Shown here in pieces: positions 11,690 to 26,308 of a stretch of DNA of 64,000 bases. Source of the DNA: Octopus vulgaris (lineage: Eukaryota). The notes under the pieces are model-generated. The model did not search any database. It was not told the origin of the DNA and was given only the letters and a program-made list of their open reading frames with translations. The stretch covers positions 37,076,001 through 37,140,000 of the forward strand of contig OX597823.1 of NCBI GenBank assembly GCA_951406725.2. The letters run 5' to 3'. Both the position numbers and the translations under genes were made by a program. The first letter of the stretch is position 1. Every line of letters begins with the position of its first letter.

Positions 11690-12510
11690 AAGTGAGTTTG
11701 TGGTAACAGATAGAATTAAACAAGAGTGCGTAATGCTCCAGCACTGTTTTCCCATCTCGCAGCAATGTTAGAAGTTGTCTTTGAGGGAATTGGGGGGGGG
11801 GTATTTACATCCAGAAGCGGCATGATGCAAAGCTGTTCAATGCTGCACAGTATAAAGCCAAGACGCGCAGTACGAAGGCCCTAGTGCGAGGGATGCTGTT
11901 CGTTGATGATAGTTTGCTGGTTGCCCACAGTGCTGAAGATATGCAAAAACTGGTAGGTAACTTTGCCAGAGCTGCACAACAGTTCAGATTATATAGACCA
12001 ATATTAGAAAAAACCGAATGCCTTTACCAACCTGTGGAGAACCTAAAATACTTTACTATTGAACACGAAAAGCTGGCCCTGTGCAAAACATTCAAATTCC
12101 TAGGCAGCACCATCTCAGATAATGCATGACTGAACAAGGAAATCACATACAGAATGAGCAGAGCTAATGCTACATTTGGCAGACTGCAGGAGAGACTTTG
12201 GAAAAATAGACGTTTCTATAAGTGTCAAATTTAAGGTATACCAGTGTAAGGTGTACAAGTGCATTCTTCTATGCTGCATGGAACTGGTGCATATATGATG
12301 AGAGAGCTTCGACGAATTATGTTATTACTCTCTTTGACAAGATCAGGAATGAAGATGGTCTGCTCCTATGATAGAAATCTGCAGTCATAGAAATTCATGC
12401 TGGTTGAGTCACGTACGCAGGATGGACATCAATAGACTCCCTAGACAAATCCTTTACTCCCATGTATGCAAGGGGAAATGAAACCATGAAACCTAGACTG
12501 AGATTCAAAG
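11690..12510 (+). pseudogene. RTE (BovB-like) LINE reverse transcriptase fragment
   Basis: GIYIQKRHDAKLFN..YKAKTR..VRGMLFVDDSLLVAHSAEDMQKLV..FARAAQQF, FKFLGSTIS, ITYRMSRANATFGRLQERLW and RLPRQILYS. Confidence 0.85.
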
Positions 12511-12667
12511 GGATTACATTATATTACCAAATGTGGCTTCTACATTTTATGTGTAGTATTTATCCGATATACTCTTCTTCTAGTCTTCCTCTGCTCCTAG
12601 CCACTATGACCCAAGTTTCTATATTTGAGACTGCGACCTGTTCACTGACAAAATTCCGTGCTGCATG

Positions 12668-12789
<122 letters not shown>

Positions 12790-13002
12790 TGTATACATAC
12801 ATGCTGGCAGTGACCGTAAATGGCCGGAAAGTGGCGATCGTGATATCCCTTTACCGTGCGGTTCCAGCTTTAGTTCGAAAGCATCATCAAGGGTCGGCAC
12901 AAGACACTAGATTCCGGACCACATCGCTATGAGCATATATGTCTACTCCGTAAAAATTTTAGGATAATTTAGCAAATCGCTAATGTGTATAGAAATAATT
13001 AT

Positions 13003-13079
13003 AGGTGTCTTCTACTATAGCCTTGGACTGACCAAAGTTTTGTGTGTTGATTTGGCAGACGGAAACTGAAAGAAGCCCG

Positions 13080-13153
<74 letters not shown>

Positions 13154-13450
13154 AATATATGTATACATATATATATATATATGCACGTATATATATATAT
13201 ATATATATATATGCACGTATATATGTATGTATGTATGTATTTGTGTAACTGTTTGTCCCTCCGCCATTGCTTGACAACCGATGTAGGTGTGTTTACATCA
13301 CCATAACTTAGCAGTTCGGCAAATGCGACCAATAGAATAAGTACTAGGCTTACATCGAATAAGTCCTGGAATCGATTAGTTCGACTAAAGGCGGTGCTCC
13401 AGCATAGCCGCAATCAAATGGCTGAAACAACTAAAAAGAGTAAAAAGAAA
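13003..13450 (+). mobile_element. SINE family A, 5'-truncated, with internal microsatellite
   Basis: The 5' half ends gaagcccgtc, then (TA)n/(TG)n, then the 3' half (tgtttgtccc..gcttgacaaccgatg..ctccagcat..aaatg.ctgaaac). Confidence 0.85.
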
Positions 13451-13511
13451 TAAAATAATATATATAATTATATAGGCACAGGAGTGGCTGTGTGATAAGT
13501 AGCTTGCTTAC

Positions 13512-14666
13512 TGTGCATCCGTTGGTTAGTTGCTTCCACACTGAATGCTGTCAAGACGTGCTTCGTGGCCGTCTTGAAGGTCGCACGCTATTTCGTAGCT
13601 GCGAATTAATGACAAAAAGAGCTCAACTGTAAGGTAAGGCTTTTGTTTCTCGGGTCTAGTGGGGGTTTGTTGTTTGGTGTGTAATATTTTTTCCCAGGCA
13701 AGGATTCTAGTCATTTGTCGGCTTGCAGTTGAGCATTATTGTTTGCTTAAGGTGAATTGTTTTGGTGAACGTGTCTCGCCGCCAAGAATTCGAACTGTGA
13801 TTTTCCCTTGTAGCTGCCAGTTTGATTACCTGTGAACGGTGGAATTTTGCATGAAATATTAATTTTGTTCCTGCTGACGGACATTTTTGTGAACTGTCTT
13901 CGTGTTCTGAAATCTGTTCTTGTTTTTGGAGTACGAGTTAGGCCTAGGAGTACTCAAGTGGCCGAAGATTCTGTGTCTGTTCATGAGAAGCATGGCGAAA
14001 AAGATGTTTTATATGACACAAGATGTTTTATATGACACATTCTACCAGTGTCCGATGTTTGAAAGTGTTTAGTTACAAAAAAATATTTCTTAAATCTGTC
14101 GGCCAAAAGGTAAAGATCCAAATCCTAACCCTAACACCCTAACCCTAATCCTAAAACCCTAAAACCCTAAAACCCTAACCCTAAAACCCTAAAACCCTAA
14201 CTCTAACCCTAAAACCTTAAAGCTAAAACCAGTACAAACGATGTCATAAATAACAGTGACAAACGAAAAATATACCGCCGAGAGTTGTTGTAGACAAACA
14301 ACCGCAGTAATTTTATTCAGCTGAATACACGTCATTGATTGGTTGAAATTACCGAAACACTACAACTTTAACGTGAACTACCTTTCTAAATATAAGCTTT
14401 TCACAAAAACGCTAAGAGTAAAAGGTGTTTTATATGACCCATTCTACCAGTGTCTGAAGTTTGAAAGTGCTTAGTTACAAAAAAATGTTTTTTAAATCTG
14501 TCGGTCAAAAGATAAAGATGCGAAATTTGTTTTCGGGAAACGGCGGTCGGCGGTCGCCGTTCGTTTCTCCCATTCATTCATATATTTTTCATTTCATCTC
14601 ATTAATGTAAATGTCCAGCCCGCAACTACATCTGTGTAATGCCCTTGTGGCAAATTATATGAATAA
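13512..14666 (+). mobile_element. 1155 bp non-coding insertion with a 15-bp target site duplication (non-LTR type)
   Basis: Perfect TSD aagtagcttgcttac at 13497-13511 and 14667-14681. The 3' end tgtaatgcccttgtggcaaattatatgaataaa includes AATAAA. Confidence 0.75.
14122..14230 (+). repeat. Interstitial telomere-like (CCCTAA)/(CCCTAAAA) tract between ~100 bp direct repeats
   Basis: Read directly. Flanking repeats are at about 14019-14120 and 14420-14521. Confidence 0.85.
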
Positions 14667-14806
14667 AAGTAGCTTGCTTACCAACCACATGGTTCTGGGT
14701 TCAGTCCCACTGCATGGCACCTTGGGCAAGTGTCTTCTACTACAACCTCAGGCCGACCAAAGCCTCGTGAGGTGATTTGGTAGACGGAAACTGAAAGAAG
14801 CTCACC

Positions 14807-14865
<59 letters not shown>

Positions 14866-15084
14866 CATATGTATATGTTTGTGTGTCTGTGTTTGTCCCA
14901 CCAACATCGCTTGACAACCGATGCTGGTGTGTTTATGTCTCTGTAACTTAGCGGTTCGGCAAAAGAAACCGATAGAATAAGTACTAGGCTTACAAAGAAT
15001 AAGTCCTGGATCGATTTGTTCGACTAAAGGCTGTGCTCCAGCATGTCCGCAGTCAAATGACTGAAACGAATAAAAAAAAAAAAA

Positions 15085-15155
<71 letters not shown>

Positions 15156-16071
15156 TATGTGTGTGTGTGTGTGTTTGTATGTAAATATACACACATTCCC
15201 ACATAGATAGGTTGAGAGATAAATACTTAACTTATTAATAGTATATGCATATGTGATTATTGTGGAGGTGGCGAGTCAGCAGAATCGTTAGTGCTTCAGA
15301 AAAAAAAAATGCTTTGCGTCAGTCAACTTAGCGTTTTATCCTACAAGGGTAGATAAAATAAAGTACCAATCAAGCACTGACCGCTGCTATCGACTAGTCC
15401 CCTCCTCTTGTACCAAATTTACTAACTTTGTGCCAGAATCAGAAACCTTTACTGCTGTTGTTGTTGTTGCTGCTGTTGCTACTGCTACTGCTGCTGTTGT
15501 TGTTGTTTGATGATTTCGGCTGCTGACATTGTTCGAATTTATGAGATTAATGACTGAATGAGAAAAAAAGTAGCCGTTCTTACTACACGTCGTTCAGATA
15601 TCCTCCATAGCATTTGTAGGCTCTCTAGCGAGAATAATGAATGATAATAATTTCTTAATGTGGTTATACGATTATGATGATGACGATGATGTGGTTGTGG
15701 TGATGATGGTGATGATAGTAAAAACGGAGGGGCTGTTTTTATGTGATTCATTCCAAGTGCCGGTGATGAGATCGAGGCTCTGACGTCAAACTGACGGTAA
15801 CGAAAATATCTTATAAATACTTAAAAATAACAAAAAACAAAACAAAACAAAAAAAGATATATAGGAACAGAGCTGAGCAGAAAGGAAAGGTGTGCCAAGC
15901 AGAAGAGAAGGAAAAATATAAGAATACGGAGAGGTGGTGGGATTTATGAAGATGGAGGGGAGATAGTGCCTCGATATGTGAAGAGAAACTCTCAACCTAG
16001 TATGCGAAATTTATAGTAATAAATGTAATAATAATAATAATGATGATGATGATGATGATGATGATAATGAC

Positions 16072-16189
<118 letters not shown>

Positions 16190-16662
16190 CGTACGCCCAT
16201 TATTTCATATGGCTGAACATAACTGTAAGTTGATTAGATCAGCTTAATAAAAATAGAAGGCAAAATATTAAAAAAGAGCAAAAAAAGGATGTGTGTGCAT
16301 GTAAGAAATACATTGAGAATAATATATATTATGTGTGTGTAATATATATCTGTGTATATATATCTTTATATACATACATATGTGTGTGTGCGAGCATACG
16401 TACGTACGTATGTATGTATGTATGTATGTATGTATGTATGTATGTATGTATGTATGTATGTATGTATGTATGTATGTATGTAGAAAGACGGGGGTTGATA
16501 GATTGCTTGACAGATGTACCTACATGTACGTTTGTATGTATTTATATATTTTTATATATTCGTGTATATGAGTATATGCACACATATGTAAATACGTTTA
16601 TATTTGCACGTATTTGAATATATGTGTGTGTGTGTGTGCGTGTACGTGTGTGTGTGTGTGTG

Positions 16663-16711
<49 letters not shown>

Positions 16712-17482
16712 ACGTATATATATACATATAATTATATGTAGACTGTGAGGGAGAGATTAAGAGTAGCATCCAATAACAGCTAACAGTTGCCAAAGTTGTT
16801 TTTTTTTCTTATTTGTTATATCATTGCTATAGTATGGCCCCTTGGCCATTTTGCCGGAAAAAATTTTAGAAAAAGAAAATGCTACCAAAAATGCTGTAAA
16901 AAATTAGTTTTCTTATTATAACTTTAATTACAATGCTCATATGATTTATTTTGTCTTCAAGTTTGAAGAATTAGTCTGTTTTTTTGTCGTCTTTTATTCC
17001 GTTAATTCTATTGTTTGGTAGCTTGTTCTTCCTTCACTTTGAGTTTTGTTAAATTCCTCAGGAATCTGTTGTTAGAGTACGATTTCTTGTTAGCTTATGT
17101 ATTTTTTGTTTGTTTAATTAGACAGTGTAGACTCTCTATTTTAAGTGCGATGGTCTCACCGGATAAAGTAAACATTTATCGTCTGCCAAGTATAAAGAAA
17201 AGTCCTTTCGTTTCGCTTCCGGACCACCAAACAAGGTGAAGGAAAGAGAATTGAAAATGCCGTTAAACTGCGAATATATGCTAGAATAAAGAAATAGCGT
17301 GAACAAACAACAAAAAACAAACTGGATCCATCAGAAAAGTCTTAGAGCTCATGAAGAGACAAAAATATTCACTAAATTAAATTTTAATGACTTAAAAGTA
17401 GAGTCATTTTGTTATTTTTTTATCGCATCATTCTCCTGCAATTGATCGAAGCAATTCATCCAATCCAACCACTCAACGGTTA

Positions 17483-18508
17483 CACTGAGGAACAGGGTTT
17501 TTGTTGTCTGATGTTGGAGATATGTTTCCTACTAATTCGGGGTTGCTGATTTCAAGAATGAAATCTATTTTTGCTCTATCACGTCAAGATTTTTCACAAA
17601 CTGAGATGTCCATTTTTCAACATTTCTGGTATTGTCACCCTTTCTGAGGATATATTTGTCTTCATCATATGCAAACACATGCATGGAGCTTGACAAAACT
17701 TTGAAAACTTAGTTTTTCAATGTCATTTAAAGTAAATATAACTACAAACTTAATTATAACTTCCATCTATGTCTTGTGAGAAAAATAAATTTGGAGTGTT
17801 TGATGGGCCACATATTAGGTGACAATCGCAGGAGCTATTTTGGAGACTATGTCTGGCATTGAAAAAGAAGCATGGAATGCTTTTGTTGCCGTTATATCTG
17901 ATTTCCTGAGAAATAGGAAGCCATCAAATTATGAAGATCTTGTGCAGATCCTGTAAACCAGTTTTCGAGTACTGGGTTGCAACATGAGTGTCAATGTGCA
18001 TTTCCTGCACAGCCATTAGGACAAGTTCCTTGAAAATTCTAAGACAATAGTGATGAGCAAGGAAAAAGGTTCCACCAAGACATCGAGATGATGGGGACTA
18101 GGTATCAAGGCAGGTGCAACACCAGCATGGTGCTATCTACTGCTGATTTCCGCAAAGAGACTGTCAGGATGCAATTTATCCACATAAAGCAACAAAGAGA
18201 AAGTTCTTTCCTTGATTAGTTCAAACTCCAGTTTGACAGAAATATTTATTCTAAGATGTGTAATTAAACATATTGTGTAATATATCTGTTAAACAATAGA
18301 AAGTACTATTTGGTTTGTGCTAGTTTCTTGCATTTAATGGCAAAATTGATATTTTTTAGTAAAAAAAAAATGAATCCCTGTTTAACAAAATACTTGACGT
18401 GGTATAAAATTTCTGGGGACATTTCTGAACTCAACACGATCAAATTAGGTAGAACTAACTGCAAAAAAGCAAGACAGCTAAATTTTTTTTTTGAAATGTT
18501 CCCCAGTG
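17483..18508 (+). mobile_element. Chapaev3-like DNA transposon, internally deleted
   Basis: Termini CACTGAGGAACA / TGTTCCCCAGTG with a TTA 3-bp TSD on both sides. Internal C-terminal transposase remnant: GVFDGPHIR..EKEAWNAFVAV..LGCNMSVNVHFLHSH..SDEQGKRFHQDIEMMGTRYQGR. Confidence 0.75.
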
Positions 18509-20971
18509 TTATGGAAAGAATCGGAAAGTCCCAGTTATTATCAAGCAGCATTCCTGACAAAATATTTCTTGTTTCGCACAAATAATTTCTTTCAAAAGTT
18601 TATGTGCTTGGATGAAATAACATTTCCACATTTCCAGATGTGCAAGAAAATTGAATGAAGATATGAAAGAACGGTTTGGGTTCGATTCCTCCACACCTCA
18701 CCCAGGATAAATGCCTATCACCTCTACGTTTGATCAACTTCTTGTGAGTGTATTTTGATTGACGGGAACTGTACGATAGTCCGTCCTATGTATGTATGTA
18801 TGTATGTATGTATGTATGTATGTATGTATGTATGTATGTATGTATGTATGCATGTATGTACGTACGTACGTACATGTGATTTACATTTCACCAACTGTTG
18901 CTAAATTAACATTAAAAATGTTCCGTTTTGACATTCTAAATACTAAATCTTATGGAATTTTAAAAATACATGGAATTTAAACAGTAATGATTTTGAATTC
19001 CCACGAAAAACATCTGTGAAGGATATTTGAATTTTATTGCTGGAAATGTTCTGATACCAGACATTTTTGTATTGCAACGTGAGATGACACCATAGGATGT
19101 GAAATTACAGTCACATTATTTCACTGGCAACAGCGATTGAGATCTCATCTTTGGTTTATTTATTGGCAAATAGGAAAATCAAAGGAAGTTATACACAACT
19201 AATTTTAATTGTTATATTTACAAATAAACTTTTTTGGCATACCTACACAAGTGTGTCCCACTGACTTTGTTTCCTCATAAATTCCAGAAATCTGGATATT
19301 TTCTAACGATACAATTCAGATAGTGTAGATTACGATTATATAGGAATTTTATGTGAAAAAAAATGGTGTCACATGTACAGACACAATATATTACATAAAA
19401 AGGAATCTTGAAATTTTGAAAAAAATGTGATTTGCATATAAAAGTCACCCGAGTAATAAATGCTTTTTCTCACTGTGACTGTCATAGATACAGGGAACCA
19501 GGGAATGGTAGGTGGAAACCTTTAATCAACGGCGTTATTAATCACTGGTTAATACAAAATAAACATTTATTTATTTATTTTCGCGGGTTCAATATAAATA
19601 CCAGCTTGGTGTCTGGCACGAATAAGGGGACTGCAAGCTGCATTAAGAAAAGGATTCGAAAAAAGTAACCATATTGCATTGTCTGTCATTCAAGTTAACA
19701 AGATATGCGTTCGGATCTTAGGCAGAGGAGACTATTCTAAAACGATATTGCAGTCTCCATCCAATGCCTGCACAACCAACAATAAGCCTGCAACTTGTTT
19801 TTAGCACAAAGAATGCATGTTCCAGGACCACGAAGCGGATCCAAGAGGAAATAACCGCTATTGATTGGAAATGGAAGTTGTTTCTGAGAGGTCCCCATGC
19901 AGAAAGTGCTCGAGGACTCTACTCCCACGACCCTCCCTGGAATAGTGAGTGGAGGAAAAAATGGATGTATGACTAAATAAATAAATAAATAACGAAGTCT
20001 ATGAACAAGTCAACCAGAGACAGACCTAAGTGTTTAGCAGTAATTATTCTCAGTGTATTCTTGATGTCTCAAGTTATATCAATGTTGGACCTGTTCTTTC
20101 AATCTTTCCAAATCTGAAATATTAAACAAAATGACTAATTGCTGTTTTCATTTTCTCCTACCTCGAACACAATACTCAGTGATAATGGATTAATTCATTA
20201 CTACCTTAATGCAGTAATAATGCAGTTATAATTCAGTTATAATCGGTTTGTGCTTCACTTTTAATCTCTTCCACCACATCATGTTTATATCACAAGTGCT
20301 ACATTAATCCTTCTAATCACCGTCATATTTAGGATCCGCTACAAAGTGAGCAAAACTCACAAGATGATGATGATATTTCTTATTAGATACCACTTGGAAG
20401 TAAAATAGTTTTCTTGGTGAATGGTTATAATTGGTTTTCGATCTTATCAGAAAATAAAATATTTTTTCGTATCATTTATTGTTAAAATAACATGAAAACA
20501 ATATTTACCAAGATAAGACTTTCCAAGAGATTTTAGTGAGGTGATGAAACTTGCGTGTGGCTCAGATGTGGCTGAGATATTTTGACAGCAAAGAATTAGT
20601 TTCTGGTATAAACTGCTACCAACATTGATAACATCAACTGAGAAATGACAAATAGTGATATAATAAACTCTCAACAGCTGAACAGATAAAAGATGACAAG
20701 TTAACAACGAATGTGAAAACAAAGTCATTTAAAGGAGAATAGTCTTGTTTTATTCTCTCTAGAAATACACGTTAGCTTCAAAATCTTCAACCGTAAACAG
20801 TAAAGCTTTTATATATTTTTTAAAAAACAGCCACCTGTACATCATACTTAATGTATACACACTGCAGATAGGCCAGTCACTGCAGAATTTTTCCTGAGAT
20901 ATGTTATAAAACACGATAAATATCAGAGAGCGAGAGACGAAAATTCATCCCAGCAGCAACCAACGAGAGCA

Positions 20972-21009
20972 CCAGAAGCGTTTCGGTTTTGAGGAGACCT
21001 TTTCAATGG
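20972..21009 (-). ncRNA. Minimal hammerhead-like motif with U3-A8 core
   Basis: Minus strand: cca TTGAAAA ggt-ctcctcaaa-acc GAAA cgct TC tgg. Stems are short. Confidence 0.45.
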
Positions 21010-21569
21010 GGTGTACTCACAAGCATCCACATGTTCGGACGAAAATTCGTTGTCACTCTGTACGTCCATAAGAGTAGTTACCTCAGAACGAATACCGCAG
21101 TAACTGGCTTATCGACAGTGCATATAAATCATGATACATTGCTATTTTAATTAAATACTGTTTCAGTCACGTGTACTGGAGCTGAAAATATATTTTGCGC
21201 TACTTTACTACAATAAAACATCTTTTGCAAATTATTATTCGTTTTCTTAAATCAATAAAAAAGAAATATGATCCTGTGAGAGATACAGTCTGACTAGTTT
21301 ATTTTTTACTTAACCGTATGGAAAAGGAAGATAACACATATGAGACTTTCCAAAGGCTCCGAAACTGGAAAGAAAAAGGAATTATTCTCAGACGGAATGT
21401 TCGCAATTAGTGCGGGTCCTGCTGAAGTCACCGAAGAACCAGGCGATAATGCTAAATCAACCGATGGATTAAGTCTACAACCAAGAATTTGGAAATTAAG
21501 TAATGTAATGTAGTAGCAGCTATTGTGTGTGTATGTGTGTGTATTTGTGTGTGTGCATGTATATATATA

Positions 21570-22230
21570 TAAAATACAAAATGGGACAAGAACGCAAAAC
21601 ATCCAGACAGTTAGGTGATACAAAAAAGGGGACAACAAAACATCCAGATAGACGATACAAAGAAAACAAAGACGGGTCATTCGGGCTTTTCTTTCCTCAG
21701 TCGAGTTCCAGATTATCTTTGCAATTTCGGCTGGTTATACTCGAGATTGCTCCAATCTGGCCAGCCCAAAGGAAAAAACTAAGCTAAGAGCATTAGATTC
21801 CTTGGTCACGTGGGAGAGAGAAGAGAGAGAGAGAGGTATATGCAGAGGGACAGAAGAATTTAGGAGGGTCGAGAAAAGATGACATAGGCACAGTGAAATG
21901 AAAAGAGGGGGGAAATGAGCAAGAAGAGAAGGCAGAGAAATGTGAGAGTGGGGGAACGAAAGAACGAAGAGTGGAATGCACCAATAAGTGTGAAAGGGCT
22001 GATAGAAAGAAAGAATAAAGTCGTACAAGATTTAGATAAATATATACTTACATATAAGAGAACAAAGTACGCCGCTATATATATATATATATATATATAT
22101 AACATACAAAATGGGACAAGAACGCAAAACATCCAGACAGCTAGGTGATACAAAAAAAGGGGACAAGAAAACATCCAGATGGACGATACAAAGAAAACAA
22201 GGACGGGTCATTCAGACTTTTCTTTCCTAA
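21570..22230 (-). mobile_element. (TA)n-anchored repeat with partial tandem duplication; homologue at about 52000-52290
   Basis: atacaaaatgggacaagaacgcaaaacatccagacag.. occurs at 21574, 22104 and 52003, each time abutting (TA)n. The minus strand has ggctgg..ccagcc GAAA ttgcaa and CTGAGGA. A Penelope origin is inferred. Confidence 0.6.
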
Positions 22231-22244
22231 ATATATATATATTT

Positions 22245-22665
<421 letters not shown>

Positions 22666-22894
22666 AAAATAAGAGGGAATGAATGGGCTTTAATCCAAAT
22701 TGCAATTGTTTCTGTGCATTGGCATCAGCTGTTAGTCGCTGAGTGTTTTACATATACATATTATATAATTATTACCAAGATGATATTAAAGATATGCATA
22801 CAAACACACACACACATATAGATGTGTGTGTGTGCGTGTGTGTATGTGTGTGTGTGTGTACATATATATATAAAGTAAATTATTAAATAACATA

Positions 22895-23540
22895 TATGCA
22901 TACATACATACATACATATATGTACGTACCTACATCTACATGTATATATACACGTATATATAAATATATATATGTGAGTACAGGACACCACAAATAGACG
23001 TAGAACTCAACGAGAAACGAAAACGTAAAAACAAACATGGAAACGGACTTTTTTTAACAACGAAAAAACAAAGTACAAGACAAACAATACAAGGAAAATT
23101 CCCCTTCATCAGCTGTCCCTAGTTCGACTCCATGCGTGTTTCGTAGGTAAGGACAGAACACGACTCGTCGAACTAGCCCTTCCTGCGAAAGAATTAAATA
23201 AAATTTCTTTGCAGAGGGGTAAGAACAAGGAAAGAAAAAAATGTGACAAAAAAAGGACGTAAAAACAATACAAATAAAAAAACAAATACAAAATAAAAAT
23301 ACAAAAACAAAAAAATACAGTACAAGTAAAGAATAAAAACAGGACAAGGAAACAAACATTGAGGGTCTTTTTTTAGCCTAGACGATGGAAAAATTCAAGA
23401 GCGCAGGAAAAAAGCATGTTCACTTGTAGGAAGCTGCCAGCGAAAGGAAGTAGTCGACTCGGCTGTGTGAGAGATGAGGAGGAGTGAGAGAGAGAGAGAG
23501 ATAGAAGGAAAGGAAACCAGAAAGGGTGAAAAATAAGAAG
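22895..23540 (-). mobile_element. Second copy of the 5950-6540 (TA)n-anchored repeat
   Basis: Colinear similarity, including tacaggacaccacaaatagacgtagaactcaacgagaaacg and ccccttcatcagctgtccctagttc. Confidence 0.75.
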
Positions 23541-24662
23541 GAGAGAGACAGGCAAAGAGGAAGACAGACAGGAAGGAAGGGAAGGTCGTAAATTTTTATA
23601 TATATAAAGTATATATATATATAAATATAAAATGCTGCTATCAAGTGTTCTGTAATTACAAACAAATGACGAAAACCCTTTAATTCTGACCAATGCTGCA
23701 GCATGTAGCATTAGCCCCACATCACCCCACCGCCATACATAATGGTAGAAAATATCTGTTCACCACCTACCCAATATTGAATTCTTTACTACAATAACGC
23801 GAAGTTTGTTTCCTCCAAGAGAAGACCAAGATTTCTAGAAAAGTTAATGGTTCATAAAGTAAACAACGTGAAATGCGGGACAATTGGTTTTGTAAATAAC
23901 TTCGGCAACATCCATTTAAATCTTGTTTACTTTGAATAATTAATAGTATGTGTATATTTACATACATAGTTACATAAATACACACATGCACACACACACA
24001 CACACATCTATGTATAAACATACATATACACATGCACATACAAAATCATATACATACGTATAGGTATGTATATAAACGCAGACACACATATACACACACA
24101 CATATACGCATAAACACGCACATATACGCACACATTTACACCTACTCAGGCACACACTTAAATTCGATATTAATCACTTTGTTTCCAGGTATGTATATGT
24201 ACATGTATGTATATATATATATATCTTCACCCACTTCCCTGCAATTTATCTTTTCTTCAAGTACCAATCCCACAAGTAAATTCTGTAGTTCAACCAAAAC
24301 TACTATACTATCTACTACCAGTCATCTGACCTCGCCCAATTCCTCCTTCCTCTCACTCCCTTATATTTTTCTTCTTTCTTCCCTTCTTCAAATACTTATT
24401 TCTCCTTACATTTATACATCTCTCTCTCCCCACTCTCTCTCCCCCTCTCTCCCCTCTCTCTCCCTTCCCCCTCTCTCTGATTGATCGCTAAATCCACGAG
24501 TTCTTACTATTCTCTTTGTTTATTTCCTCATATTCCTTCCTGTTGAAGAGCGTAGGCTCAAAACGTAAAAGACTTTCTCACTTGTCCCAACGCCAAACTA
24601 ATACACACCTACTTGTTGTTCATACACCTTTCTTCATCTTTTGTCTTTCTGTAAAGCTCAAC

Positions 24663-24750
<88 letters not shown>

Positions 24751-24751
<1 letters not shown>

Positions 24752-25392
24752 GTAGTGAATCTTGCAATCATGAAGTGGATTCTATCCACCATAGCCAAAT
24801 CTAAATTAACACTGCAACAGAACTTTTCCCACGGTGGAACAATGGTTTTTCTCTGACAGCAGTTTTACATTTTCCAGATGCCTTTAGCTAGGCCGAAATA
24901 ATGTCTTCACCACTTGACCCTTTCTAACCTCTTCTACTTCACCAAAAGCTAGAATAGAGATAACAAGACCACCAGCTAAATCTATTGTTCCCAATGATAT
25001 ATCTATCCTTCTGGATAGTTATATAAGCAAGCATACCCCAAGCAAAAATCAGTTAGTCACCTTGGTGACAACTCGTGAGTTGAGAGAGAGCTAACATCAG
25101 TTAGTGAACCGACCACTAGAATCATGGAAGCAGCCAGACAAAACGGCCAGAGGGAAAAAGAAAGATAACGTCCCACACTCTCTCACTCTCACTAGCTCCA
25201 ATTCTGTTCTCTTACAACATCATTCTATCTCTCTCTGTATGTACTACTAAACAATGAAGAGGACACAAACACAAACTTCACTTCGCATGCTTTTGGATTT
25301 ATCATGACCTCGAGGCAAAGTATTGTAACGTAACGGTATATAAACAATTTCTTAAAACTTCATTCATTGTTCATCTTTCTCATCCTACAACA
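24751..25392 (+). mobile_element. Possible solo LTR
   Basis: TGTAG...CTACA(ACA) ends, ~640 bp long, with a TATAAA/ATAAAC signal near the right end. No TSD is visible. Confidence 0.3.
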
Positions 25393-25512
25393 TGCAATCA
25401 TAACAACAACAAATTTTTATCGTCACACCAGCTGACTCCAAATCATCATATTGTTTACAAATCAATTTCTCCCGTTACAATGGTAACCACACCAAAATAA
25501 ATACTCTATTGT

Positions 25513-25600
<88 letters not shown>

Positions 25601-25604
25601 TAGG

Positions 25605-25665
<61 letters not shown>

Positions 25666-25682
25666 GGATGGATGGATGGATG

Positions 25683-25783
<101 letters not shown>

Positions 25784-25870
25784 AACTTACTTGGAAATGG
25801 GTGCGTGACGTTCAATCATATAAAAATATAAATACTATCTGCTGCATGTATACATACATATATTTACATA

Positions 25871-26259
25871 CTCACATATATATGTATATACATATGCATA
25901 CAAGGGGAGAGGACAGGACGTCACAGAACGTAAACAACATGGAATACGAAATACGAAAACATGGAATATGAACTTTTTTCTGAACAACGAAAGAAACATG
26001 GAAAACAAGACAAGCAAGATAAAGAACGACCCTTAATCAGTTGTCAGGTGTTTTTGTACTTCGTATTTCGAGCAATTCACGACAAGATACGCCTTCGAAA
26101 AATTGTTGCTCTCACAAAGCAAATGAAATTAAATTTGGGATTTTGCAGAGGGTCAAAGCTGGTAACCAAAAACAGGACAGCGAAAACAAGCAGGAAGGGC
26201 TGCTAAGCTTAAACGTGGTGAGGTGGTGAACGCTGGTGGAACGAGAGAGCAAAGGAGGA

Positions 26260-26308
<49 letters not shown>

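Larger units (their letters stand above)
13473..15085 (+). mobile_element. SINE family A, full length but interrupted in its tRNA head by an insertion at 13512-14666
   Basis: The head aggcacaggagtggctgtgtgataagtagcttgcttac stops at 13511 and resumes at 14667, with aagtagcttgcttac duplicated. Confidence 0.85.

Noticed and set aside
14001-14521. CRISPR-like or true telomere/fusion site
   Set aside because: There are only two long repeats with no spacer periodicity. The telomere-like tract is short, degenerate, in one orientation and inside a mobile insert.
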